The translations under genes and the position numbers were made by a program. Under the pieces are notes generated by a model. It was not told the DNA's origin. It made no database searches and saw only the letters and a list, made by a program, of their open reading frames with translations. Below, in pieces: positions 13,300-26,452 of a stretch of 64,000 bases of DNA. Each line of letters starts with the position of its first letter. The stretch's first letter is position 1. Source of the stretch: Octopus sinensis (taxonomy: Eukaryota); NCBI RefSeq assembly GCF_006345805.1, contig NC_042997.1:190774001-190838000 (forward strand), in the 5' to 3' direction.

Positions 13300-13595
13300 C
13301 CCACCAAAGCCTTTTGAGTGGATTTAGTAGACCGAAACTGAAAGAAGCCCGTCGTATATATGCGTATATGTATATATATGTATGTGTGTGTGTGTACGTT
13401 TGCGTGTCTGTGTTGCGTGTCTGCTTGACAGCCGATGCTGGTGTGTTTACGTCCCCGTAACGTAGCGGTTCGGCAAAATAGACCGATAAAAGTACTAGGC
13501 TTATAAAGAATAAGTCCTGCGGTCGATTTGCTCGACTAAAGGCGGTGCTCCAGCATGGCCATAGTCAAATGACTGAAACAAGTAAAGGAGTAAAA
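13300..13595 (+). mobile_element. SINE family A, 5'-truncated
   Basis: ccaaagccttttgagtggattt...gactgaaacaagtaaaggag. Confidence 0.88.
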
Positions 13596-14268
13596 AAGGA
13601 TCCCTGTGCCAAACTTTGAAAGCATTACGTCCAAGATTTCGATGACGGTGAGCTGTGAGAATCATTAACGCGTGGGAGAAAATACTTAACGGCATTTCTT
13701 TCAAACGTTACGCTCTAAGTTCAAATTCCGCAGTTGTCGAATTTGGCTGTCGTCCTTTCGGCGTCGATAATCTAAGTACCATTTGCGCACTGGTGGGGTC
13801 GATGTAATCAACTTTTTGCTCGCTTCAAAATGTCAACCTTTGTGCTAGTAAAAAGTATTCTGTTAAATATTTCAATTATGTCTTAGATATCGTTCTACAG
13901 TTAAGGTTGTTAAAACACAATATCTGAACATCTGACACGCAGAATAATGCTATTCATGAAGTACGGAATATGTGCAAATTAGAAAGGATAATAATTTCAA
14001 TATATTTTAATATATATTTTAATTACGTTCTCCCTAAAAAAAAAAAGAAAAAAACCTTTATCATAATATTCTACAATTTAGTCGTGCATGCGTGTGTAAA
14101 GAAGAAATTCCCTGTTTCATTGTTCTTATTGCATCTGATATATATATTAATTATATATATATATTATATATATATATATATATATTTTATATATATAATA
14201 TATATATATAGATAGAGAGAGAGAGGAGACAGAGAGAGAAGAGAAAGATATATATATATATATATGAT

Positions 14269-14436
14269 ATTAAAACATTATTGTGAATTGAAGAAATGGA
14301 GCTGAACGCAGTGGAACAGAAATCGTTTTATTTCATTCTACACGTGTTCGAAAGGCACGTGTAGAATGAAATAAAACGATTTCTGTTCAATCTGCGTTCA
14401 GCTCCATTTTCTTCAATTCACCAATAATGTTTTAAT
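14269..14436. repeat. Near-perfect inverted repeat (about 80-bp arms, 9-nt loop)
   Basis: attaaaacattattgtgaattg...ctacacgtg ttcgaaagg cacgtgtag...aataatgttttaat. Confidence 0.9.
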
Positions 14437-15321
14437 TTCAATTATCCGCACCAACGCACGTTTGCAACGCCAATGGTTGTACCTCCAACCGTGCTGTTCA
14501 TGCTGTGATTTTTGCTACTAAGGTATCGGTTAAACTTTGATTAATCTACTACAAGATTATTCATCTTTCTATTTCACATTATATATATATATATATTATA
14601 TATATTACATAATATATATATATATATATTATATATATATGTTATATACATACATATATGTATATATCATATATATATTAATATATATATAATATATATA
14701 TGTAATATTATATAATATATATAATTAATATATATATATATATATAATTATAATTACATATATATATTTATTATATATATTATATATATCTGTTATATAC
14801 ATACATATATACTATACATATACATACAAATTATATATATACATAATATATATTATATATATATAATGCATGTATGTTTGGATATGGATATGTATATAAC
14901 TGTATATGTACATAACTATATATAAAATGTGTATATATATATATATATATATATAGATATATGTGTGTGTGTGGTGTGTGTGTGTGTGTGTGTGTCTATA
15001 TATTATATAGTATATACATACCTTGCCTATGTAGATATATACATATAATACTACGTACATACATACGTACATACATACGCATACATACATACATACATAC
15101 GTACATACATACATACATACATACATACATACATACATAGGATAGAATAGGGTAGGCAGACAGCCCATCAGACATTTTGGTATTAATGTATTGGCATACA
15201 GCAATGCATGTTTCGTGCTGTCATCGTTATGCCTGTTAGAGTTCATGGCTCCTGAATGCACATACACACACACACAGAAAAAAACACACTTACAGACAAT
15301 CGTTCTTAATCAAAAGCGGGA

Positions 15322-15598
15322 GCAGAAGAAGTGAAGAAGAAGAAGAAGAAGAAGAAGAAAAAGAAGAAGAAAGGAAGAAAAAGAAGAAAGGAAGAAAAAG
15401 AAGAAGAGAAGAAGAAGAGGAAGAAAGGAAGAAAAAGAAAAAGAGAAGACGAAGAGGAAGAAAGGAAGAAAAAGAAGAAGAGAAGAAGAGGAAGTAGAAG
15501 AAGGAGAGAAGAAGAAGAAGAAGAAGAAGAAGAGGAAGTAAGAAGAAGAGGACGAAGAAGAGAAGAGAAGAAGAAGCAGAAGAGAAGCAGAAGAAAGC

Positions 15599-15630
<32 letters not shown>

Positions 15631-16050
15631 CGGAAGTAGAAGAAGAGAAGAAGAAGAAGAAGCGGAAGTAGAACAAGAAGAAGAAGAAGAGAGAAGAAGA
15701 AGCAGAAGAAGAAGCAGAAGAAGAAGCAGAAAAGAAGAAGCAGGGGAGTACAAGAAGAAGGAAAAGAGAGGCATAGCAGAAGAGAAGAAGAGAAGAAGAG
15801 GAAGAGAAGATGAAAAGAAGAAGAGGAATTAAGAGGAAGTAGAATAAGAGGAGACAGAAGAATGAAGAAGAAGAGAGGAAGTATAAGACGAGGAAGAAGA
15901 AGAAGAAGAGAAGAAGCAGAAGAAGAAGAAGAAGAAGAAGAAGAAGGGTTACAAGAGAGGAAGAAGAGGAAGTAGAAGCAGAAGTAGAAGAAGAAGAGAA
16001 AGAGAGGGAGAAGAAGTAGAAGACAATAAGAAAACACAAGAAGAAGCCAC
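15322..16050. repeat. About 730-bp GAA-derived polypurine tract
   Basis: plus strand almost exclusively A/G. Confidence 0.95.
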
Positions 16051-16767
16051 AAGATGATGAAAAAAAAAAAAAAAAAAAAAAACAAAAAAATTGACACAAA
16101 TAACTTCAATAACAAAAACAACAACGCCACCACCAAGGACAAGAAGTAACTCCCTGACGCATGCGCCCGCGTATGAGGTGAAAGATGATTAGAAAAATTG
16201 TCTATGGGGGAAAGACGATAACGATATGAAGCTGATGATGATAATCACACCAAAGAAGCTGAAGGTGATGCCGCGGCAAAATACGTTTTTGTTCTGATAA
16301 TGTTGTTTTTTTTTTGTTTGTTTTTTTCTTTTAAATATATACATGTTTTCGGTACATGTTATCTTGTCTTACAAGGGTGGTCCTGGGTGGGAGTCGAGGT
16401 AAGACGAAGAAGTTTAAGGAGATATAGTAATTCTGCGAGAGCTTTTTCGTAAAGCCGAACAGCTGGTTTAGACTGTAACAGAAGTAGAAATACGATGCAA
16501 GCGCCCTAAGATAGAACAACTGTTGACAGTTAACTGGATTACAGCTCTATATATTGTTCGCCGTAGACTTGTTTGTTGTTTTAACTGACTGACACATCTG
16601 TTTCTATTTCGTTTTCTGCTAAGTTCTTTTACGTACAACAACGTATATATGTATATATAATGTATGTATCCAAGATATATATTCATCTATCCACCTAGCC
16701 ATCTATTTATCTATCGATACAATCTGCCCTTCTACATCTTTATCCATTCACCTATCTTTAACTTCCT

Positions 16768-16816
<49 letters not shown>

Positions 16817-16818
16817 AT

Positions 16819-16866
<48 letters not shown>

Positions 16867-16932
16867 TATAATGTATGTATATGTATGTATGTATCCAATA
16901 TGTATATGTATAAATATATATGTATATGTATG

Positions 16933-16964
<32 letters not shown>

Positions 16965-17042
16965 TATATATATATATATATATAATGTATGTATATGTAT
17001 GTATGTATCCAATATGTATATGTATAAATATATATGTATATG

Positions 17043-17134
<92 letters not shown>

Positions 17135-17136
17135 AT

Positions 17137-17625
17137 ATTGTTATATTTCGGAATGGTCATTTTTCCAGTTTAGCCAATAGAAACACGCACTATATATTTG
17201 GTGTTATTTTGCTTCAGTGTTATTTATTTTTTACATTAATCTTAATCTTATTTCGGCCAGTGTTCTTTCGTCACACTCCTGTGGCCGCATCAGTGGTCCT
17301 TTGTTTTCTTCTTTCTTATTTGTGTCTCTCTTTACTAACCGTCAGCCATTTTGTATTTCTATTGTATGTCTTCATAGAGATATAAGCATGCGCAAATGAA
17401 GACATGCAATAGAAATACAAAATGGCTGAGAGAGACAAAAATAAGAAATAAGAAAACAAAGGACCACTGATGCAGTCACAGGAGTGTGACGAAAGAACTC
17501 TGGTCGAAATAAGATTAAGATTAATGTAAAAAATAAATAACACTGAAGCAAAGTAACACCAAATATATAGTGCGTGTGTTTTTAATGGCCAAACTGGCAA
17601 AATGACCATTCCGAAATATAACAAT
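17137..17625. mobile_element. Foldback element/MITE, about 235-bp arms, 20-nt loop
   Basis: 17137-17375 is the diverged reverse complement of 17396-17625. Confidence 0.85.
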
Positions 17626-18204
17626 CTATCGATGCAATCAGCCCTTCTGCATCTTTATCTATCCATTCACCTATCTATAACTTCTTTGATGCATCTATCT
17701 CGCTATCTACTGTCCTTGTATTCACCAATGTATCCTGCTTTGAACCAGTGATCCATCGATCCATCCGGTTACGCGTCTATTTGTCCAATCTATTTAACCA
17801 TTCATAAGTCAACCTTCTGATCTGTTTGTGTTTTAATGAAGTCATAAATAAAAAAAAAAGGAAGTCCTGTGGATGCGTGTGTGTATATGTATACGTGAGT
17901 GTGTGATATTACTGCACATAGAAACATCCTAGCCACATTAGTTTCACATCAAAAGGAAAACTATTTTGTTAACGATCGAACGCATACTTGTTAGAATACT
18001 CCGTCCATTCTATCTTCAACATTCTACAAAAACGGTCTCTGTTGCTCTGAACTAGCAAACTGCACTCCCTCCTTTTATCATTTGTGCTGTCATAAAATGG
18101 ACGAATAATTCACTCTCTCCCTCTGTTCTTCCGTCTCTCTCTCTCCCTCTCTTTCCCCCTCCCTCTCTCTCTGTTTTTTTTCTTCTTTTTTTGAACCAGG
18201 AACA

Positions 18205-18626
18205 ATACCTATTTCTTTACTACCCACAAGGGGATAAACACAGAGGACAAACAAAGACAGACAAATGGATTAAGTCGATTACATCGACCCCAGTGCGTAA
18301 CTGGTACTTATCTAATCGACCCCGAAAGGATGAAAGGCAAAGTTGATCTCGGCGGAATTTGATCTCAGAACGTAGCGGCAGACGAAATACCTATTTCTTT
18401 ACTACCCACAAGGGGCTAAACACAGAGAGGACAAACAAGGACAGACAAGCGGATTAAGTCGATTACATCGACCCCAGTGCGTAACTGGTACTTATTTAAT
18501 CGAGCCCGAAAGGATGAAAAGCAAAGTCGACCTCGGCGGAATTTGAACTCACAACGTAGCGGCAGACGAAATACCACTAAGCATTTTGCCTAGCGTGCTA
18601 ACATTTCTGCCAGCTCACTGCCTTAA
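18205..18626 (-). mobile_element. SINE family B, head plus two units
   Basis: reverse complement of the 12870 copy. Confidence 0.92.
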
Positions 18627-19449
18627 GCCATGAACCAATACCAATCTAAAACTTTTAAATTGTTTGCCTAAAGAAATAAGTTGGTTTGCCGCGGGGAGCA
18701 ACTTTCCTTTACCTCCATACGATCATCCAACTTATTCCATTTATGAACGTTTCGTACATATTATTTTCCGATGTCTACTATCCCTACTTCCCTCTAGTTT
18801 TATTGCATCACTTCAAAACTTTCACTGTAGCGACAAATCCTAGTCTTCACAATTTCTGATAATCTCCAGCGGCCACTCCTTTACCAAAACTACATTATAA
18901 GTCCAGGCTTTCTGAACTACTCCAATAAGGGCCAGTTTTTATTTTTATTATTAACAAAGCTCGTGTAAAACCTACATATGTGGAACATTGCTACTGTTAC
19001 ATAAATTAATAGCCTAAACTGAATCTGTTGGAAGACACTGGCGATAATTCAGTCTTGTACGTTGCTGAAATATTGGGTATTAAATTTTGGCACGAGACTA
19101 ACAAGTTCGGGGAGGGGTTAAGTTGATTATAAGGACCCCAGTGTTATTTTTTATTAACCATACGGTTTTACATAGAGGGGACACTACAACACATTGGGGA
19201 CACAAAACATCAAAAAAATATTGTATGAGAAAAAGGGTGAATATGAGAGATGAAAATGATGTTAACTGCCCCATCAGTCACCATCACTTACGATTATAAC
19301 GACCCCAGTGATCAACCGCTACTTATTTTTTCGACCCTGTAAGGATGACTCAACAGAGTTAAAATCTTCCATATTTATGTTGGTTTCATTTCAGTGGCAA
19401 TAACTTGAAATTATCGCAGTCCGATGATGGCTTAGCTGGGAAGATCTAC

Positions 19450-20345
19450 CTAATCATGCGCCTTTCTCTCTTCTTCTTAATTATGTGTTTCCTCCTCCTT
19501 GCCTACTTAAGAAAATACTACATTCTTTTACTTGTTTCAGTCATTTCACTGCCGCCATGCTGGAGCACCGCCTTTGGTCGAGCAAATCGACCCCAGAACT
19601 TATTCTTTGTAAGCCTAGTACTTATTCTATCGGTCTCTTTTGCCGAACCGCTATGTTATGGGGATGTCAAGCGATGATGGAGGGACAAACACAGACACAC
19701 GTACACACGTACACATATATACATATACATATATACGACGGGATTCTTTCAGTTTCCGTCTACCAAATTCACTCATAGGGCGTTGGTCGGCCCGAGGCTA
19801 TAGTAGAAGACACTGGCCCAAGGTGCCACGCAGTGGGACTGAATCCAGAACCATGTGGTTGGTAAACAAGCTACTTACCACACAGCCACTCCTGCGTCTA
19901 ACTATTCATGCGCCTTCCTCTTTTCTTCTTAATAATGTTTCCTCCTCCTTCCCTATTTTAAGAAAATACTACATTCTTTTACTTGCTTCAGTTATTTGAC
20001 TGTGGCCATGCTGGAGCACCGCCTTTATTCGAACAAATCGACCCCAGGACTTATTCTTTGGCAGCCTAGTACTTATTATATTGGTCTTTTTTGCCAAAAC
20101 GCTAAGTTACAGAGACGTAAACACACCAGCATCGGTTGTCAAGCGATATTGGGGGGACAAACACAGACACACTAACACGCACATATACATATACATATAT
20201 ACGACGGGCTTCTTTCATTTTGCGTCTACCAAATCCACTCACAAGACTTTGGTCTATAGTAGAAGACACTTGCCCAAGGTGCAACGCAGTGGGAATGAAC
20301 CCGGAACCATGTGGTTAGTAAGCAAGCTACTTACCACACAGCCAC
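19450..20345 (-). repeat. Diverged tandem duplication of a unique flank plus SINE A (about 460-bp period)
   Basis: tcatgcgcctt...aagaaaatactacattcttttacttg occurs at about 19455 and 19906, each followed by a full SINE A. Confidence 0.8.
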
Positions 20346-20434
20346 TGTATACCATACAGCCATTGTATACTTTTCCAATTAATCCTCCTCAGTTTGGAGA
20401 CTCTGAAATTATATCCTTGTTCATATTTTTCCTA

Positions 20435-20580
20435 TGGTTCTCAACCTCATGGTTTCCGGTTCAGGTCCACTGCGTGGCACCTTGGGCAAGTGTCTTTTAC
20501 TATAACCCCAGGTCGACTGACTTATGTCGTGTGACAGTATTTCTTAGGTGGAGACTAGAAGAAGCCTGTTGTGAGTGTGC

Positions 20581-20620
<40 letters not shown>

Positions 20621-20800
20621 GTGTGTGTGTGTGCGTGTGTCTGTATGTGTGTCTGTTCAGTTGTGTCTCCTTGTGTTTGTGTCTATCAGCCCCCACCGCT
20701 TGACAACCTGTGTTAGTTCTTTTACGGTTTTACGTTCTGTAACTTAGCGGGTTCGACAAAAGTGTCGGATAGAAATAAGCACCAGAGTTTTAAAAAATAA
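20435..20800 (+). mobile_element. SINE family A-related diverged copy with internal (GT)n
   Basis: ccggttcaggtccactgcgtggcaccttgggcaagtg...cttgacaacc...aacttagcgggttcgacaaaa. Confidence 0.7.
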
Positions 20801-21619
20801 GCATTGGCGTCGATTTCGTTGACTGAGCTAATTAAGAGATAAAAGATACCAGCCAACAGAAGTTCATGTTGCCTATAAGCTGTACCAAGTCCACCAGTGT
20901 AGTAACGCCTGTTCTTACATTTATCGTTGTTTCCTATATCCTGCATAGGAATAATAAGGGAATTGGGACAATAGCCTTTTTATAAATCATTTTAGTATTA
21001 AAGGAATCGTTTCTGCTATTACCGTCTCTTCAAACTCTATTTAAGCCTATACTTCTTTTAGCTTTATCATTTCACTATCAGAACAATAGAAGAAACGTTA
21101 GTAAGCTCAAATGAAAATAGAAATACTGCAGGCGACAATTTTACAGAATATAATTGGAAAACTAATAAACTATGAATTTATTAGCCGGATGTAACAAATT
21201 GGCGTAATAGGAACTTAACAAAGGAAAACATAAATGAAAAATTGTACGTTAAAAGAGAACGAATTCGTATTCAAAGCTTATGTAGAGGTTGTATAACTGG
21301 TAAAATAGATCCGTCGGCTAAACTTAGTCGTTCGATCGACTATCTTCGTGTTTTATATATCTACTTGATCAGAGCTCTCCCAAGGCTATACGGCAACAAC
21401 CGATAGAAAAAGAGATGGCGTACACTAGATGTTTCAGAATATGATAACGGGTGCATAGTGTGGGGGTATACCAATTCACATAGAAAAGGAGATAAAGTAA
21501 AATCGACCGGATATTGCTGTCAAGGACTATTAGGAAACAAAGTATCTCTTAATCGATGTATCATTCCCAACAGACGATAATTTATCTCTGAGAGAAATGA
21601 AGGCTGTATCTAAAAAATA

Positions 21620-21877
21620 TTAAGACAGAAAATGAAGATAAGCATTTTGTGGGAAATGGAAATGGAAGTAATCCCCATAATGATAGACACTTTGGGAATG
21701 GTTAGAAAAAAATGCAGACAAATACATCGCTAAAAATCCCAGGAGATGTACACATACACACCATGTATAAATTGAAAATACTTAACTGCGCATGTATTAC
21801 TTTCAAATGAACACAAAGAAAAAGAAGAAAAATCAGAGTGTCTAAGACTCGCGAAACAGCGCTCAGTTTGCAGTCTA

Positions 21878-21880
<3 letters not shown>
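21620..21880 (+). mobile_element. Decayed R4/Dong-like 3' fragment ending in (AAT)n
   Basis: reads as ENED...ILWE and EVIPIMIDTLGMVRKNADKYI, resembling the C-terminus at 32470-32720. Confidence 0.5.
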
Positions 21881-21924
<44 letters not shown>

Positions 21925-22047
21925 TAACAATAATAATAATAATAATAACAATAATAATAACAATAATAATAACAATAATAATAATAACAATAATAACAAT
22001 AATAATAATAACAATAATAATAATAATAATAAATTTTTTTTTTTTAA

Positions 22048-22254
22048 TTCAGACAAATACATAACAAAAACACCAGGACTTACAAACACATATAACATAC
22101 AGAAAATTGCACTACTAGGCACTGCCCACATCCTACGCAGAACACTTTCCATTACAATAACCATCAGAGCATCACAACAAATCACAACACATACCCAAGG
22201 TACACAGAGCTGCGCTCGGTAGTGAAGTGAAAGCACGCTATAAAAATAAAACTA

Positions 22255-22257
<3 letters not shown>
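22048..22257 (+). mobile_element. R4/Dong-like 3' end flanked by (AAT)n on both sides
   Basis: same tail as 32256 (-) and 35870-36062 (+): cagaaaattgcactactaggcactgc...gcacgctataaaaataaaactactg. Confidence 0.8.
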
Positions 22258-22304
<47 letters not shown>

Positions 22305-24207
22305 TAATAATAATAATAATTCAAACTATGAAATATCACTCTGTGATTCAAATACTTGTGATGTTTTTAGAGAATTGTCTATATGTTTACTAAAACTTTG
22401 AGATCTAGTATGTGATATTTTCAGAGATTCTGTCATCGTAAATATGATGTGATGTTTTATAGACAGGTTACTATAGCTTTGCTAAAACTTTGCTATAACA
22501 TACAGAAAATTGCACTACTAGGCACTGCCCACATCCTACGCAGAACACTTTCCATACAATAACCATCAGAGCATCACAACACATACCCAAGGCACACAGA
22601 GATTCTGTCATCGTAAATATGATGTGATGTTTTATAGACAGATTACTATAGCTTTGCTAATACTTTGAGATGTTATTCATACATTTCTATATCTTAGCTA
22701 TGCTATGCCCACCTTGACGCTCCTCTCAAAAATCTAAGATTTCGATACCTAAATTTGTCCCCACGCTGGAATATCGGCGAGTTTATTGCTTCCTCTTAGC
22801 CCCCTATCTGCCTCTCTCCCCCTCCTCTCCCACTCGGTCTTTGGTGCTGCCGTAAGCCTTCACGGCGATAGGATGGCTACTTAACAGCCCCCCCACCAAA
22901 AAAAAATGTGTAAGCCTTTTCTTTCAGTGCTCAACTCGTACTTTATTTCATCGACCCCGAAAGCATGAAAGGCAAAATGCATCAATTTTGATGTAAGATG
23001 GAGAACATTTTTTAAGGAGAAAAAGTCAGTTGATGCCATCGACCCTCTCACTTCCCATCACTTGAATGATACTTTATTTTATAGACTTTGGAATGGCGAG
23101 AAACAATTTTGGCGTTAGTGGGATTCGAACTCGTACTATACACGTTCAGAACAAATACATCAAGTTATCTTTTCTCAACTTCTGATAATTCTGACAATCT
23201 ACTGTTTAACAAACATCCTGAATAATATCATGTACCATATAACAAGACCGGCATCTCTAAAGAGAAGTTTGAAGACACCTGATAAGTGTTAGAGAGCAAT
23301 TTTAGAAGGCAGATATCAACGCTGTCAAGCATTTTCGAACACACAAGAGGGCTTACTATAAGCCCTTGTTGACAGTAATCGAATAAAAGATTGTAAATTG
23401 AGTAACAACACATTTACATAACTCTCCAAACAGCTAAGATCTGCACATAAAAAAAACAACAAATACGAAACTGCTATTTGTAGGTAAGACGACAGCGCCG
23501 AGTAACCAAAAAGGCATATCTTTAAATGATCGATACTTCCACGAATAGTAAACAAGCTTGCAGATTTAAAAAAAAATCTAATCTGGATGAACATATAATC
23601 AGAATAACGACATTCAACATTCAGAAACAGGCCATCAATACGAGACACATTAAAAAGATTATCTACAATTCTTATAATACAAATTATTGAATTCATGCGT
23701 GTGATATATTTTCTGAAACAATATACTGCTTTGTACTAAGATATTCTGTCGTAAGTCACACAAAATATACTTTGAGGGATAATAATGTAGCAAAGCCGTT
23801 CTACATACATATGCTTGACCAGTCTCGGCTTCTTAGGATTAACGAGCAAAGAAATTATGTAGGACATACATTACCGGCCACTTCACGTAGAAAAACTAAA
23901 TGGGAAAATATTGTAGAACTCTAGCATACGGCCAGACCGCTGGATATACATTACAAGCCTGACAGTATCAAAAGGAACATCAATGTAAAAATATAATTTC
24001 AATCCACTGGCAATGTAGAGGTTTTCGTTAGTCAATTGTAATAAAACAGCTTAAAGTTTGAAAGATAGCAGATAATTTCACACCGCAAAGAAGAAATAGA
24101 GGAGAGTTTGATGTTTCGGACACCAGCCGCTTGTCAATGAAAAGTAGAGGAGGTAAAAGACAAGAATACATTTTCTAGGGAGCTTTGCTTTGTGCTAAAA
24201 GCTACAT

Positions 24208-24380
24208 AGGCGTAGGAGTGGCTGTGTGGTAAGTAACTTGCTAACCAATCACATGGCTCCGGGTTCAGTCCCACTGCGTGGCACCTTGGGCAGGCGTCTT
24301 CTACTATAGCCTCGGGCCGACCAAAGCCTTGTGAGTGGATTTGGTAGACGGAAACTGAAAGAAGCTCGTTGTATATATAT

Positions 24381-24423
<43 letters not shown>

Positions 24424-25150
24424 TAGAAAAAAACACCTTTTATCAATTCAATAATGAAAAATTAAATTATACCATTTAGAAAGATTACATATTATAGAAA
24501 GATTAAATATAAGATAAAACATATAACGATGATTAAGTAATGTGCAAAACGAGTGTCGTTATTCTACCAAATATATACCATTTATTTATTATTTCGCACA
24601 TTACTTAATCATCGTTATATGCTTTATCTTATATTTAATCTTTCTAAATGGTATAATTTAATTTTTCATTATTGAATTGATAAAAGGTGGGTTTTTTCTA
24701 ATTTATATATATATGTTATATTATGTGAAATTTGATTTAGTATTTCTAAATTGAATTTTTCCCTGTAAGTTTGGAATAATATCCCCTCATATGATATAAA
24801 TATGTATGTAGGTATGTATGTATGTATGTATGTATGTATGTATGTATGTATGTATGTATGTATGTATGTATGTATGTATGTATGTATGTATGTATGTATA
24901 TATGTACGTATGTATGTTTGTATTATGTATATGTTTGTGCGTCTGTGTTTGTTCCCCCAAAATCGCTTGACAACCGATGCTGGTGTGTTTACGTCCCCCC
25001 GTAACTTAGCGGTTCGGCAAAAAGAGACCGATAGAATAAGTAATAGGCTTACAAAGAATAAGTCCTGGATGTCGATTTGCTCGACTAAAGGCGGTGCTCC
25101 AGCATGGCCGCAGTCAAATGACTGAAACAAGTGAAAGAGAGTTAAAGAGT
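24208..25150 (+). mobile_element. SINE family A split by a MITE in its microsatellite
   Basis: head 24208-24370, tail about 24940-25150. Confidence 0.88.
24420..24704. mobile_element. AT-rich hairpin MITE (copy 1)
   Basis: aattagaaaaaaacaccttttatcaattcaataatgaaaaatt ... aatttttcattattgaattgataaaaggtgggttttttctaattt; homologous to 49632. Confidence 0.85.
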
Positions 25151-25817
25151 GCAATAAATTAAATGACTGGTGCAAATAAGTAAGGTGGACTGATAGTTTT
25201 CATCCAAAAGAGTATGTTTCAGCTCAGATAATGCATGAGTTTATGCTATGTGTATGGATGTATGTGTGTGCGCACAGATAATTGTGTGCGTTTGATAGTG
25301 TGTGTGGGTGGGTATGTTGCGACAGGATGGGTATGTGTGTGTTCTGACATGTACGTGGTGTGAATGAGGCATAATAGAATGATGGATGGGTAGTATCTTT
25401 GTAACGGATGGTGATGTGAAGAGCGTTATGAAGTGCACACGAGGGCATTTATCAGGGTAGTAGGGTGGTTAGAAAGACGTAGCATCACCAAAAGTAACCA
25501 AGGCAATTAATTCTTAGCTATTGAATTAAAAACATTAGGGCAATTAAGCAATGTGTCTATCGTCTCACTAAAATAACTACAATCGTAATACTGATACAGA
25601 TGTACTACAGTAAAGACGTTGACAGATTAACTCTCAGATAAGAATAAGCATATTCCAAACAGTAGCAAAACTAGAAATTGTAAATAGTGAGAACGTATGG
25701 TTTTGCAAAGCATTTGCTAACCTTGAAAACTTTTAGGCGTTTTCCAAAATGTACCCTATTGTTTTGATGCACGAATCTAATCTTGATATGTTGCTCAAAA
25801 TAATAATAATAATAATA

Positions 25818-25861
<44 letters not shown>

Positions 25862-25907
25862 GATGATGATGATGATGGTTTCAAATTTTTGGCACAGAGC
25901 CAGCAGG

Positions 25908-25955
<48 letters not shown>

Positions 25956-26089
25956 GTCTTCTTTCAATTTTCTTTCTATTTCTTACAGGGTGTCTTAGGG
26001 CAAAGAAACTCACTGTATACATCGGTAGGCCAGTGGAATAGAGTGAGCACTTTATTAAACACAAGGACTTATTTTTTGTAAGCCTAGTA

Positions 26090-26448
26090 TTTCTAGGCTG
26101 TAGTTTCCGGATCGGAATTTCCGGAAACACCGTTGACACTTACTTATGCTTATTGTCCAATCCCTATATACTGCATTAATAGTCCAAGCACTTTCCGTTG
26201 CGTTATTGCTTTTATTGAACTCATACAGCAAAATATACCGAATATGCTCCTTTGTCACTTCCATTTATAGCTTTGAAAAAGTAACTGTTAAAATCGAACT
26301 GCACTCTTCAAAACTTGCACTAAGAATAAATGCAAGGTAAAATTACTACCTGCTTTTATAGCAATTTAATGCAGGTAGATTATCCCGTCCCTCTCCGATT
26401 TTTAGTTCATGCGATTGAAAATAACGCATTATTTATGGGATGACCTAA
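26090..26448 (-). mobile_element. mariner left end with transposase N-terminus
   Basis: TA|ttaggtcatcccataaataatgcg TIR-like end; MEVTKEHIRYILLYEFNKSNNATES...CQRCFRKFRSGNYSLE. Confidence 0.85.
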
Positions 26449-26452
26449 TATA

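Noticed and set aside
15290-16142. 150-280-aa F/L/S-rich and K/E/R-rich ORFs
   Set aside because: Products of the GAA polypurine tract; no domain or splice context.
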